Source: a virus (taxonomy: Duplodnaviria > Caudoviricetes). Taken from it: a DNA stretch of 58,074 nt. Where the stretch lies: positions 1-58,074 of the IMG/VR virus record IMGVR_UViG_3300027734_000080; one strand, written 5' to 3'. Made by a program: the position numbers and the translations under genes. Shown piece after piece: positions 38,380-48,095 of this stretch (position 1 is the stretch's first letter; every line of letters starts with the position of its first letter). The notes beneath the pieces were generated by a model. The model made no database searches, was not told the DNA's origin, and saw nothing but the letters and a program-made list of their open reading frames with translations.

Positions 38380-38835
38380 ATGGCCAAGACAAAAGAAGTA
38401 ACCACTAACTTAGGTGGCAGACCCACAAAGTACGACCCATCATTCTGCGACATAGCTATAGAGCTAGGTAAGCAGGGTAAGAGCTTCCACTACATAGCGG
38501 GAAGCTTAGGTGTTTCTTATCGCACTCTATGCACTTGGAGGACTGAGCACGAGGAGTTTCTTCACGCCTTAGAGTTAGCGAACACTCACTCACAAATGTG
38601 GTGGGAAGATCAAGGCCAAGCCTACCTCGTGGGGACTAAAGATAGCGGCAACATCAACGCATCACTGTATGGCAGATCAATGGCGGCACGCTTCCCTGAT
38701 AGCTGGAGAGAGAACGTCAAGCTCAGTGGGGATAAGGAGAACCCTGTAGAGGTGAAGGTAGAGGCTCAAGGGCTAATCTCCGCGCTGATAGACAACATCG
38801 AACTCACTCGACAGAATGCAGGAACAACTGATTGA
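38380..38835 (+). CDS. terS: Terminase small subunit
   Basis: GRPTKY, HTH, W...H.EF, WWE, WRE...LSGDKENP; overlaps terL. Confidence 0.85.
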   Translation: MAKTKEVTTNLGGRPTKYDPSFCDIAIELGKQGKSFHYIAGSLGVSYRTLCTWRTEHEEFLHALELANTHSQMWWEDQGQAYLVGTKDSGNINASLYGRSMAARFPDSWRENVKLSGDKENPVEVKVEAQGLISALIDNIELTRQNAGTTD

Positions 38836-40240
38836 GACGCTGAAAGACCCCAAGTTCCAAAGTGCGTTTGCCACGCTTAGTATAGAAGAGCAAGTAGCAA
38901 GCGCATGGAGAATGAGGTGGTTGACTCAGGCTCACCAGCATCAGATCCTCCCCCATGGGGATTGGTGGTCGATTTTCTTATGTCTTGCGGGCCGCGGATC
39001 GGGCAAGACTCGTATGGCCTCGGAGCAAATTGGATGGTGGGCATGGAAACAACCCAACACCCGCTGGCTCGTAGCCGCCCCCACAAGCTCAGACGTAAGG
39101 GCGACTGCCTATGAAGGCGACTCAGGGTTGCTCAATGTCATTCCCAAAGAGCTTATAGCAGACTACAACAAGAGCTACCACGAGATCAAACTTGTGAACG
39201 GCTCACTCATTAAGGGCATCCCAGCATCCGAGCCTGAGCGCTTCCGCGGTGGACAATGGCACGGTGCTTGGTGTGATGAGCTTGCCGCTTGGGACTACCT
39301 GCAAGAGGCTTGGGATCAGATTCAATTCTCCGTGCGCTTGGGTAAGAAGACACGCATACTGTGCACAACCACGCCTCGACCCAAAGACCTGATCGTAGAC
39401 CTCGTGGGCAGGGATGGAGATGATGTCTGCGTTACTACAGCCTCGACCTACACCAACCTATCCAACCTTGCCCCAAGCTTTCAGAAGCAGATCCTCCAAT
39501 ACGAAGGTACAAAGCTGGGTCGGCAGGAGATCCACGCCGAGATCATCGACCCTGAAGAGTCGGGCATCATCAAGCGGGACATGATTAAGCTATGGCCAAC
39601 CTCTAGGGAGTTCCCCAAGTTTGAGTACATCTTGCAGAGCTACGACGTGGCCACTAGCGAGAAGACGGTGAACGACCCTACCGCGGCATCCACATGGGGC
39701 GTATTCAAGCCTTTAGACGGCCCTATGAGCGTTTTATTGATCGACTGCTGGCAGGACAGGCTACAGTACCCCGATCTGCGCCCAAAGGTCTTAGATGAGT
39801 ACGAGGTGGTGTATGGAGAGGGACGAGAAAAGAAACGGGTGGACTTGATCTTGATCGAGGACAAGTCAGCAGGTATCAGCCTGATCCAAGACTTGCAGAG
39901 AGCACACTTGCCTGTAAGGGCGTATAACCCTGGCCGTGCTGACAAGATGCAGCGCTTGAACGTCATATCCTCGCTGTTCGCTAGAGGCAGAGTCTGGATG
40001 CCTGAGAGCAGCCAGCGCCCACGGTACGTTAAGGACTGGGTAGAACCCCTACTGAGCCAACTCTGTGCGTTTCCTGATACAACCCATGATGATTTCGTCG
40101 ATTCGACATCCCAGGCCCTGCGCTTCCTGCGTGATGCTGGATGGATTGACATTGATGGCCCAGCCCCAGAGGCTTATGACGAAGACGATTACTATGACAG
40201 CGGAATGGCTAAACGGAAAGAGAATCCCTATGCAGTATGA
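38816..40240 (+). CDS. terL: Terminase large subunit
   Basis: AGRGSGKT, AWCDELAAW, TTTP, SYDVA, IEDK, HDDFVDS. Confidence 0.95.
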   Translation: MQEQLIETLKDPKFQSAFATLSIEEQVASAWRMRWLTQAHQHQILPHGDWWSIFLCLAGRGSGKTRMASEQIGWWAWKQPNTRWLVAAPTSSDVRATAYEGDSGLLNVIPKELIADYNKSYHEIKLVNGSLIKGIPASEPERFRGGQWHGAWCDELAAWDYLQEAWDQIQFSVRLGKKTRILCTTTPRPKDLIVDLVGRDGDDVCVTTASTYTNLSNLAPSFQKQILQYEGTKLGRQEIHAEIIDPEESGIIKRDMIKLWPTSREFPKFEYILQSYDVATSEKTVNDPTAASTWGVFKPLDGPMSVLLIDCWQDRLQYPDLRPKVLDEYEVVYGEGREKKRVDLILIEDKSAGISLIQDLQRAHLPVRAYNPGRADKMQRLNVISSLFARGRVWMPESSQRPRYVKDWVEPLLSQLCAFPDTTHDDFVDSTSQALRFLRDAGWIDIDGPAPEAYDEDDYYDSGMAKRKENPYAV

Positions 40241-40415
40241 TGAGATAGTGACCACTCACTTATGTGATGGCAGGTTTGAGATAGTGGCTGACCACATAGC
40301 ATTGAGAGAGCTGCTCAACGATCCTCTCAACGGTCAAGAAGCTATTGAGAGACTATGCGAGAGCCTGTCAACATGGATAGATAACCAATTGGACATTGAT
40401 AACCTAATAGGTTAA
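40230..40415 (+). CDS. Hypothetical protein
   Basis: MQYDEIVTTH..., overlaps the terL stop. Confidence 0.5.
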   Translation: MQYDEIVTTHLCDGRFEIVADHIALRELLNDPLNGQEAIERLCESLSTWIDNQLDIDNLIG

Positions 40416-40445
40416 TTGACACCCTGTTGTTTGCCAATGTACAAT
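40416..40445 (+). promoter_or_regulatory. Strong sigma70-type promoter
   Basis: TTGACA-18-TACAAT. Confidence 0.75.
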
Positions 40446-40449
40446 GGCG

Positions 40450-40542
40450 TTGTTGTCGTCGTAGTCAACAAGATGAAGCCATTTACTCATGCCTCGCCCC
40501 GTTATGGGGAACTACGACGGGGCAGTAGTAAGTGGCTTTTTT
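40450..40542 (+). ncRNA. C4/CI-like antisense RNA with upstream target hairpin, copy 2
   Basis: Hairpin loop CGTCGTAGT (40457-40465) is the exact complement of ACTACGACG (40511-40519) inside a long stem ending in a T run. Confidence 0.65.
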
Positions 40543-40800
40543 GTTACCGAGACAGCCGTCAGGGCGCGTCAGCTAAATGGTCTGCATGGACTGAACCCAA
40601 TAAACACCGCACTCGTTACACCCGCGAGCAAAAGGCGACCAGCGTTGATTGACCGACTGGTAAAGCATACGGTAACTCAGGTGGAAGAAACTAGGCCATA
40701 TGTATAAGCGAATCAATCCCTCATGGGCACTTGGGATATACGAGCAACATATCGTACATTCGGAGCGGGCAGGATCAATATCCACCCTAGCCAAACCTTT
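40543..40800 (+). ncRNA. Candidate structured RNA of unknown class
   Basis: No convincing ORF; several consecutive hairpins. Confidence 0.4.
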
Positions 40801-40840
40801 GCTTAAAGAGTATGATGTAGTCCTGAAAGGTTAAAACCCA

Positions 40841-41020
40841 ATGAAAAACTTTATTGAACTAAATGTTGCTGACGAATTTATCCTTCGTTTCTACAAAGAG
40901 CCAATTGGTAACGACCAGAACGTGTATGTGTTGCGAGTGACGGAAGAGATCATCAAGCTGATTCAAGATGACTTGGATGCTTGTGTGAAGCGCCGAGCTG
41001 GCGAACTACAAACACACTGA
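40841..41020 (+). CDS. Hypothetical protein (59 aa)
   Basis: Not in the track; MKNFIELNVADEF...; possible promoter TAGCCA-17-TATGAT upstream. Confidence 0.55.
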   Translation: MKNFIELNVADEFILRFYKEPIGNDQNVYVLRVTEEIIKLIQDDLDACVKRRAGELQTH

Positions 41021-41028
41021 GGTTAACC

Positions 41029-43305
41029 ATGGCCGATAAAGGCATCCCATTTGATGTTCCGACCCGCGCAAACCTTTTGCAGGGCCAGAGACTTATAGAT
41101 GAGCAACTTCGTGAGAAGGCTGCTAGGGATGCCAAGCTATCGCCGCTAGACAAAGCCTATGCTGCTTTAGAGGCTGCTAGAACCTTTGGCTCTGGCATAC
41201 TGGCTACTGTCGGATCGCTTCCTACTAGAGCCATTAAAGGCGAAGACGCCGCCCAAGAATACATTAACCAGCGTATGTACATCCCTACTACTGAGAAAGG
41301 CATGGACTATGTTGGTAATGTGGGTAACTTCTTAGAGCAACTAGAAACCAAATACAAGCTGCCTCCTGTTCTGCCTGAAGCCGTTGCTTTGCAGAACGTA
41401 ATGGGGCCAGCCGCCAAACAAGCTACTAAGCAAGCAGCTAAGGCTGCAAAGCCTGTGGTTGGCCAAGCCCTTGAGGACTATATGTTTAAGCAGGGATTGG
41501 CGCTTCCCGCAACCGTATACCACGGCTCACCCCACAAGTTTGACAAATTTGATGCAAGCAAGATCGGCACAGGAGAAGGCTCACAGGCTTATGGGCATGG
41601 TTTGTATTTGGCCGAATCTCCAGAGGTGGCAAGGGGTTACAAAGACAAATTGCAAGGCGGTGTCCTTGGGGAAAAAACAACTAGTTTTTTAGAATCTAAG
41701 TTGTCAAAAAGCAATCCAGAATTATTTACTACTGCAATTAAACCGCAAGTTTTAGACACCATATCTGCAAACGCAGGTAAAAGTCCGGCAGAGATGTCAT
41801 CTGCGTTAAATAGGCTTGCTGATAGCTTTGAAAGACAGGGCTTTGATTGGCAGCTTGCAGCAGCGCCAAATGTGCGAGAACTAGCCAAGAACAAACAACT
41901 GCTCTCAGATATATCTCAAAATGTGGCTGGCTCCCTTTACAAAGTAGATTTACCTGACGAGCAGATAGCAAAGATGCTGGATTGGGACAAGCCGCTGAGT
42001 CAGCAGGCGCCGGCTCTTGAGGCTTTGAGTAAAAACAAAGATTTTGCTCAATATGTTGAGAGAATTATGGAGCGCCCTTTGTCTGAATTAGACGGCAAAA
42101 CGCTTCAACGAATGGCAATAGGTTATGCGGCAGACAAAGGGTTAGGCGGCGCATCTGGCGCGGCTGACGTACTTCGCCAAGCGGGCATCCCCGGCATCCG
42201 TTACCTAGACGGCGGCTCTCGCGGCACTGGCGCAGGTACTAGCAACTTTGTAGTATTCCCCGGCGAAGAAGATGCCTTGACCATTCTTGAGCGCAATCAA
42301 CAGCCTATAAAGAAAGAATCTACACGCATTGCTGATAACCCCGACACCATGATGATGGAAGTAGAAGATCAGAAGTTTGGTATAGGAGGAATGGCTGGCA
42401 AAGCAGTTAAGTCTGCCGTAGCCACGAGAGAGCTAGAGAAACAAGCTGTACTACGTGCTGAAGCAGCCGCTAAGAGCGCTGCCAAGCAAGCCCTCATGCC
42501 CCAATACAACGAAGCAGTAAAGGGCATGACAAAGAAGCAAGACCCTCTATCGTTTGAAGAGTGGAAAGCCATTAACTACCCAGAAGGAACCCAAGGGTTG
42601 CAAAATGCCCCTCAAAAGCAAACCTTTAAGTATCCACAAGAATCTTTACCCGCAGAAGAGCGTGATGAAAACCTGCAAAAGTTTCTCGGTAACAGCAGGA
42701 TTAGGGATCGTCTTTACCATGCAACACCCAAGAATTTTTCCGAATTTAAGCCAGGTGGCGATGACCCAACAATCAGTGGCCCAGCAATTTGGCTGACGCC
42801 CAATGCCACAAAACAACCTGCCGCTCACAATATAAGCAGTCGCTCACAAGAGTTTAGAGAAGGAACCAATGTTATGCCTGTGTATGCTCAGGCTAGGTCT
42901 CCATTGTTGCTTGACGACAAGTTGGCAATTGAATGGGCAAGAGAGGTCTACGCTGACGGAAGCAGTGAATTTCCTGACTTGCTCTCCCCAAAAACAATTG
43001 AAGAGTTGAAAAAGGGTGGTTATGACAGCATTATTCATGCAGATCCCTACGGCAACCGCGGTGGTGAGCAAGAAATTATCATGTTTGAGCCAAACAAAAT
43101 CAAGTCAGCCATCGGCAATCGTGGCACTTATGACATCAACGAAGCCGACATAAACAAAGCTGTTGGTGGTGCTGTATTTAACACAGACCCCGACATGAGT
43201 GATGGTGGGCAGATTATCCAAGGCCCTCCATTCAAACATGGTGGCGATGTTAACCTAGACGCAATGTATATGGCCGTGAACGACGCGAAGTTTAGAAGGA
43301 AGTAA
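41029..43305 (+). CDS. Tandem ADP-ribosyltransferase-like (ART-PolyVal type) protein
   Basis: VYHGS..F..F...IGTGEG.QAYGHGLY; second LYHAT...VMPVY...GYDSII...EQEIIMFEPNKIKS. Confidence 0.7.
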   Translation: MADKGIPFDVPTRANLLQGQRLIDEQLREKAARDAKLSPLDKAYAALEAARTFGSGILATVGSLPTRAIKGEDAAQEYINQRMYIPTTEKGMDYVGNVGNFLEQLETKYKLPPVLPEAVALQNVMGPAAKQATKQAAKAAKPVVGQALEDYMFKQGLALPATVYHGSPHKFDKFDASKIGTGEGSQAYGHGLYLAESPEVARGYKDKLQGGVLGEKTTSFLESKLSKSNPELFTTAIKPQVLDTISANAGKSPAEMSSALNRLADSFERQGFDWQLAAAPNVRELAKNKQLLSDISQNVAGSLYKVDLPDEQIAKMLDWDKPLSQQAPALEALSKNKDFAQYVERIMERPLSELDGKTLQRMAIGYAADKGLGGASGAADVLRQAGIPGIRYLDGGSRGTGAGTSNFVVFPGEEDALTILERNQQPIKKESTRIADNPDTMMMEVEDQKFGIGGMAGKAVKSAVATRELEKQAVLRAEAAAKSAAKQALMPQYNEAVKGMTKKQDPLSFEEWKAINYPEGTQGLQNAPQKQTFKYPQESLPAEERDENLQKFLGNSRIRDRLYHATPKNFSEFKPGGDDPTISGPAIWLTPNATKQPAAHNISSRSQEFREGTNVMPVYAQARSPLLLDDKLAIEWAREVYADGSSEFPDLLSPKTIEELKKGGYDSIIHADPYGNRGGEQEIIMFEPNKIKSAIGNRGTYDINEADINKAVGGAVFNTDPDMSDGGQIIQGPPFKHGGDVNLDAMYMAVNDAKFRRK

Positions 43306-43308
43306 ATA

Positions 43309-45810
43309 ATGGCAACAGAATTCCCCATCGACCCAGAGTTTGGTCGAAATGAACCACCTGCACCTGAAGATCAAGGCATGGAGGTGGAGCTAGACCTAGA
43401 AGAATCCAGCATAGAAGAACTACCTGATGGCTCTGCTGTGGTCACTATGGATAACTTTAAAGGCCCTGATGAGGACGAAGACTTCTACTCAAACCTTGCT
43501 GAAGACATAGACCCTTGGGAGCTGGACAAGATCTCCCTGCGCTATCTTGGCTTAATCGACAAAGATAAAGAAGCCCGCTCACAGCGCGACAAGCAGTATG
43601 AAGAAGGCATCCGCCGCACAGGTATGGGGAATGATGCACCAGGCGGCGCTAACTTCATGGGCGCTTCTAAAGTAGTCCACCCCGTAATGGCTGAAGCCTG
43701 TGTGGACTTTGCTGCTCGCGCTATTAAAGAGCTGTTCCCACCAGATGGCCCAACCCGCACCAAGATTTTGGGTGACGTGGATAAAGAGAAGACTGAGGTT
43801 GCCGAGCGTAAGCGTGACTTCATGAACTGGCAACTTACCGAGCAGATTGAAGAGTTCCGTGATGAGCAAGAGCAGCTATTGACTCAACTCCCATTGGGCG
43901 GATCTCAATTCATGAAGATCTGGTATGACGAGAACAAGAAGCGTCCCTGCGCTGAGTTTGTTCCTATCGACAATATCTTGCTCCCATTCTCCGCCGCAAA
44001 CTTCTACACAGCCCAGCGCGTCACCGAGGTGATGGATATTACAGACTGGGAGTTAAAGCGCCGTATCAACTCAGGTCTATATCGTGATACCGATTACGTC
44101 CGTGCCACTATGGAGCCGGAACAAACCCGCGCCGAGAAAGCTACCGACAAGATTGAAGGTAAAAAGATTGACGAGAATGAAGACGGCGTAAGACGTATAT
44201 ACCATGTGTATACGTGGCTTGAGCTGGAAGATGACTCCTACACCAAGGGAGAGGCTGCGCCCTACATCTTGATGATTGACGACATTGAGAGCAAAGTCAT
44301 TGGCCTGTACCGCAACTGGGAAGATGGTGATGACACCATGTCCAAGCTGGATTGGCTGATTGAGTTCAAATTCATTCCATGGCGTGGAGCGTATGCTGTT
44401 GGATTGCCACACCTGATTGGAGGCTTGGCAGCAGCCCTCACAGGCTCTCTGAGGGCTTTATTAGACTCAGCCCATATCAACAACGCCCCAACCATGTTGA
44501 AGCTCAAAGGCGGCAAGATCAGCGGGCAGAGCCAACAAGTTGAGGTCACCCAAGTAGTGGAGATTGAGGGTGCGCCTGGCGTGGATGACGTTCGCAAGAT
44601 TGCCATGCCCCTGCCTTTTAATGCGCCTAGCCCTGTATTGTTCTCGCTGATGGGCTTCTTAGAGAAAGCCGCCAAGGGAGTTATTACTACCGCGGAAGAA
44701 AAGATTGCTGACGTAACCGCACAGGCTCCCGTTGGGACTACCCAAGCCCTGATTGAGCAGGGTGCTGCCGTGTTTGCTGCTATTCACGCCCGACTCCATG
44801 CAAGCCAAAGCCGTGTGCTTAAAGTTCTTGCTAGGCTGAACCGCTGGTACTTGGACGACATGCAAAAGGGTGACGTGGTTGAAGACCTAGAAATCACCCG
44901 TGAAGACTTCAAGCGCAACACAGACGTAGTTCCTGTGTCTGACCCCCACATCTTCTCTGAAACGCAGCGTATGGCCCAAATACAGGCCGTCATGCAGGTT
45001 ATGGAGAAGCACCCTGACCTGTTTAACCGCAAGTCTGTGATTGAGCGCTTCTTGAAGCAGATCAAGGTGCCAGGCGTCAATGAGTTGATGAAGGACGTTC
45101 CTGATCCTGAGAAGCGGGATTCTGCCAACGAGAACGTGGCTATGGCTATTGGACAGTCTGCCTTTGCTTATATGGAGCAAGACCACCTCGCCCACATCCA
45201 AAGTCACTTGGACTTCGCCAAAGACCCAATCCTTGGCGCAAACCCAATGATTGCTCCCGCATTCATACCCCATGTGATGGAGCACATCAAGCAGCACTTG
45301 ACCTTGTGGTATCTCAACCGCATGAATGGGTATGTGAACAAGTCCCTTGGCAAGCCTGTTACAGACTACGACGTGGAAGACGTTACCCCCAAGATTGACA
45401 AGCTGTTTGCTTTAGCTGGCCAGCACGTCAACCAAGACAGCGTACAGACATTCCAGCAAATCATGCCGATCATCCAACAGATGATGCAGCAGATGCAACA
45501 GTTCCAACCCAAGGCCCCAATGACTCCAGAGGCTCAAGTCCTTATGGATACCAGCATGGCGGAAACCCAGCGCCGCGCACAAAAGGATCAAGCGGATATC
45601 CAGCTCAATATGCAGAAGCATCAAGACGATATGGCGCTTGCCCAAGAAGAATTGCAACTCAAGATGGCTATTGCTCAAGGCGACAACGAAACCAAAGAGC
45701 GTATCGAATCTGCACGCTTGACCAGAGATGCCGTCAAGTTGCAAAACGAGCAGACCAAAACTGCACTTACTTTAACTAGCAAACAAGGAGGCCCATATGG
45801 CTACCAGTGA
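43309..45810 (+). CDS. Portal protein
   Basis: Large protein after terL; HPVMAEA, MNWQLTE, APVGTT, Gln-rich barrel tail. Confidence 0.85.
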   Translation: MATEFPIDPEFGRNEPPAPEDQGMEVELDLEESSIEELPDGSAVVTMDNFKGPDEDEDFYSNLAEDIDPWELDKISLRYLGLIDKDKEARSQRDKQYEEGIRRTGMGNDAPGGANFMGASKVVHPVMAEACVDFAARAIKELFPPDGPTRTKILGDVDKEKTEVAERKRDFMNWQLTEQIEEFRDEQEQLLTQLPLGGSQFMKIWYDENKKRPCAEFVPIDNILLPFSAANFYTAQRVTEVMDITDWELKRRINSGLYRDTDYVRATMEPEQTRAEKATDKIEGKKIDENEDGVRRIYHVYTWLELEDDSYTKGEAAPYILMIDDIESKVIGLYRNWEDGDDTMSKLDWLIEFKFIPWRGAYAVGLPHLIGGLAAALTGSLRALLDSAHINNAPTMLKLKGGKISGQSQQVEVTQVVEIEGAPGVDDVRKIAMPLPFNAPSPVLFSLMGFLEKAAKGVITTAEEKIADVTAQAPVGTTQALIEQGAAVFAAIHARLHASQSRVLKVLARLNRWYLDDMQKGDVVEDLEITREDFKRNTDVVPVSDPHIFSETQRMAQIQAVMQVMEKHPDLFNRKSVIERFLKQIKVPGVNELMKDVPDPEKRDSANENVAMAIGQSAFAYMEQDHLAHIQSHLDFAKDPILGANPMIAPAFIPHVMEHIKQHLTLWYLNRMNGYVNKSLGKPVTDYDVEDVTPKIDKLFALAGQHVNQDSVQTFQQIMPIIQQMMQQMQQFQPKAPMTPEAQVLMDTSMAETQRRAQKDQADIQLNMQKHQDDMALAQEELQLKMAIAQGDNETKERIESARLTRDAVKLQNEQTKTALTLTSKQGGPYGYQ

Positions 45811-45952
45811 TCAAGAACAAAAGAGCATTAACGTGCCACAACACAAGCGTATCGCAATGGGCGAAAAGCTTGATGGCACCAGCATGCAACCCAAAGGCCA
45901 ATCAAACGGCTCAAAACCACAAGGAGGTCTGTCACAAGCTAAGAAAAAGTAA
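45797..45952 (+). CDS. Small hypothetical protein
   Basis: Not in the track; AAGGAGG RBS; VPQHKRIAMGE. Confidence 0.55.
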   Translation: MATSDQEQKSINVPQHKRIAMGEKLDGTSMQPKGQSNGSKPQGGLSQAKKK

Positions 45953-46135
45953 ATGAACACAATTTCGGATCTTATAGGCGAGATTAAGTTACGTCAGGCT
46001 GAAATAGCCGCATCTCTTGCAGCAGGAAACGCTGTTAACTGGGAAACGTATCAACGCCTTGTAGGTGAACATAGTGGCTTAAAACAAGCCTTAGACATTT
46101 TAAATAAATTGTTAAAGGAAGACGATGATGAGTGA
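45953..46135 (+). CDS. Conserved small head-module protein
   Basis: WETYQRLVGE..GL..A motif before GroES. Confidence 0.65.
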   Translation: MNTISDLIGEIKLRQAEIAASLAAGNAVNWETYQRLVGEHSGLKQALDILNKLLKEDDDE

Positions 46136-46544
46136 ACGAGATAATGAGTTGGCGTGGGCTTTTCCCGCAGTAGAGCCAGGCGCGTTGCCGCTTGGTGGGC
46201 GTATTTTGGTGCAATTGCGCCGCGCTGTTAAAAAAACAAAATCTGGTATTTTTTTGCCTCACGAAACACAAGAGACAGAGAAGTGGCAGAACATGGTTGC
46301 AAAAGTAATTGCTCTTGGCCCATTGGCTTTCAAACATCGTGACACAATGCAAGGATGGCCAGAAGGCACTTGGTGCCAAGTGGGTGATTACATCCGTGTC
46401 CCTAAATGGGGTGGAGATCGTTGGGAAGTTCAAGTGCCCGGCGAAAAAGAAAATGAAGAGCCGTCTTTGTTTATGATTTTGAATGATCATGAAGTTATTG
46501 CCAAGCTAACTGGTGACCCGCTTTCAATGAAAGCATTTTTGTGA
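46125..46544 (+). CDS. groES: GroES-like co-chaperonin
   Basis: PLGGRILV...TKSGIFL...VIALGP...VGD...ILNDHEVIA. Confidence 0.88.
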   Translation: MMSERDNELAWAFPAVEPGALPLGGRILVQLRRAVKKTKSGIFLPHETQETEKWQNMVAKVIALGPLAFKHRDTMQGWPEGTWCQVGDYIRVPKWGGDRWEVQVPGEKENEEPSLFMILNDHEVIAKLTGDPLSMKAFL

Positions 46545-46552
46545 GGTGAAAC

Positions 46553-47524
46553 ATGAGTGATAAAGACGAGAATCTAGACATTAAAGTATCTGAAGGCGCT
46601 GATGGCTCTGCAACTGTAGACCTGCCTGATGGTATTGATAATCCTCAAACAGAGGAACAAGAGCCGCGGGAAGAGGTAGAGGCCGCAGAAGGTGGTGCAG
46701 TAGATGATGATGCTGACCAGCCTGATGACACCGAAGCCATCCGTGCCGCACGCCGTGCACGCCGCCGAGCTAAGAAGGAATATATTAAACAATCGAATGT
46801 AGAAAAAGACATTCGGTTACAAAACCTTCAGCGCCAAAACCAAGAGTTACAAGAACGACTTGCGGTAGTGGAGCGAAAAACCCACAGTTCTGAGCTTGCC
46901 CGAATTGATAAAACAATTGAGGATCAAGAGTTAAGACTGCAATATGCCCGCATGAAAATCTCTGAGGCAGCTAGTTCTGGTGATGGCGAAGCCATGGCCA
47001 AGGCCCAAGAGATGTGGTACGAAACTCGCAGCCAAGTTGAGGCGTTAAAAAACCTAAGAACCCAAGCAAATCAATCTACTCAAGACCGTCCTATCCAACA
47101 AGATAATGCAGAGATGCAGCGTCAAGCATCACGTTGGATGGATAGAAATCCTTGGTATGACCCAAAGGGCGAAGACGAAGATTCTGAAATAGCAAAAGTT
47201 ATAGATCAGAAATTAGTTAAAGAAGGTTGGAATCCCAATTCATCCGAATACTGGGAAGAGTTAGATAACCGCTTGCTAAAACGGTTACCGCATAGATATA
47301 ATGTTAATCATGACGAGAGGTCTTCTCGCAAACCGAGAAGTATTGTGACGGGTTCAGGACGCGAAAACATCGCCTCTAGTGGCAGTAAAAACTCATTTAC
47401 TCTATCCCCCGAGCAAGTGAGGGCCATGAAAGATGCTGGCTTCTGGGATGATCCTAGCAAGCGAGCACGAATGATCAAGCGTTACGCAACTGAATCTAAA
47501 CAATCTCAAGGTTATAGGAGTTAA
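46553..47524 (+). CDS. Putative scaffolding protein
   Basis: Acidic N-terminus, coiled coil, W..RNPWY, position before the capsid. Confidence 0.65.
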   Translation: MSDKDENLDIKVSEGADGSATVDLPDGIDNPQTEEQEPREEVEAAEGGAVDDDADQPDDTEAIRAARRARRRAKKEYIKQSNVEKDIRLQNLQRQNQELQERLAVVERKTHSSELARIDKTIEDQELRLQYARMKISEAASSGDGEAMAKAQEMWYETRSQVEALKNLRTQANQSTQDRPIQQDNAEMQRQASRWMDRNPWYDPKGEDEDSEIAKVIDQKLVKEGWNPNSSEYWEELDNRLLKRLPHRYNVNHDERSSRKPRSIVTGSGRENIASSGSKNSFTLSPEQVRAMKDAGFWDDPSKRARMIKRYATESKQSQGYRS

Positions 47525-47526
47525 AA

Positions 47527-48060
47527 ATGGAATCTCGTTTAAAGAAATCTCTCTCCGCTGGTGGTCGTGAGAACCGATCTTCGCAAGATCTAGACCGCGC
47601 TGCCCCCGAAGAGAAGTTCATGTCGTCTCAGGAACGTCGCAAGATGTGGAGTGATGAATGGACACAAAGCGCATTGCCCAAGACGCCAGAGTTAAAAGGA
47701 TGGCATCTTTGCTGGTTATCGACAACCAATAGTTATGACAGTATTGATAAGCGTATTCGCATAGGTTATGTTCCCGTTAAAGCCGAGGAATTTCCAAACT
47801 TTGAGAACTATCGCGTAAAAGCTGGCGAACACACTGGTTTTATTGCGTGCAACGAGATGTTGCTCCACAAAATCCCGATGGATATCTATCAGGATATTAT
47901 GGCGCACTTTCACCACGATGCACCACTTGAGGAAGCGAACAAGATTCGACTTCAAGCGGAGCAGCAAGTTGGACGCGATAGCAACGGTAAAGCGTTGGGT
48001 CGAATTGAAGGCGAAGGCTTGGACAACATTGATCAACGTGTAGAGGCTCCAATCTTTTAA
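47527..48060 (+). CDS. Head-associated protein
   Basis: W..WLS...GYVPVKAEE...MLL.KIP. Confidence 0.6.
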   Translation: MESRLKKSLSAGGRENRSSQDLDRAAPEEKFMSSQERRKMWSDEWTQSALPKTPELKGWHLCWLSTTNSYDSIDKRIRIGYVPVKAEEFPNFENYRVKAGEHTGFIACNEMLLHKIPMDIYQDIMAHFHHDAPLEEANKIRLQAEQQVGRDSNGKALGRIEGEGLDNIDQRVEAPIF

Positions 48061-48095
48061 TAGCCAATACACATCGAACTTAAAGGAGTAAGACT

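Noticed and set aside
27300-40240. Impression that CTAG is not depleted
   Set aside because: Cannot be quantified by eye; needs tetranucleotide statistics
40416-40794. ORFs 40416-40652, 40489-40707 and 40573-40794
   Set aside because: No clear RBS, atypical composition, and they overlap a promoter and structured RNA
40813-40821. Second target site for the ACTACGACG loop
   Set aside because: Needs two G-U pairs and a mismatch, and overlaps a plausible -10 box; too weak
40981-41028. Upstream TTG start for the ART protein
   Set aside because: Overlaps ORF 40841-41020; the ATG at 41029 has a GAGG RBS
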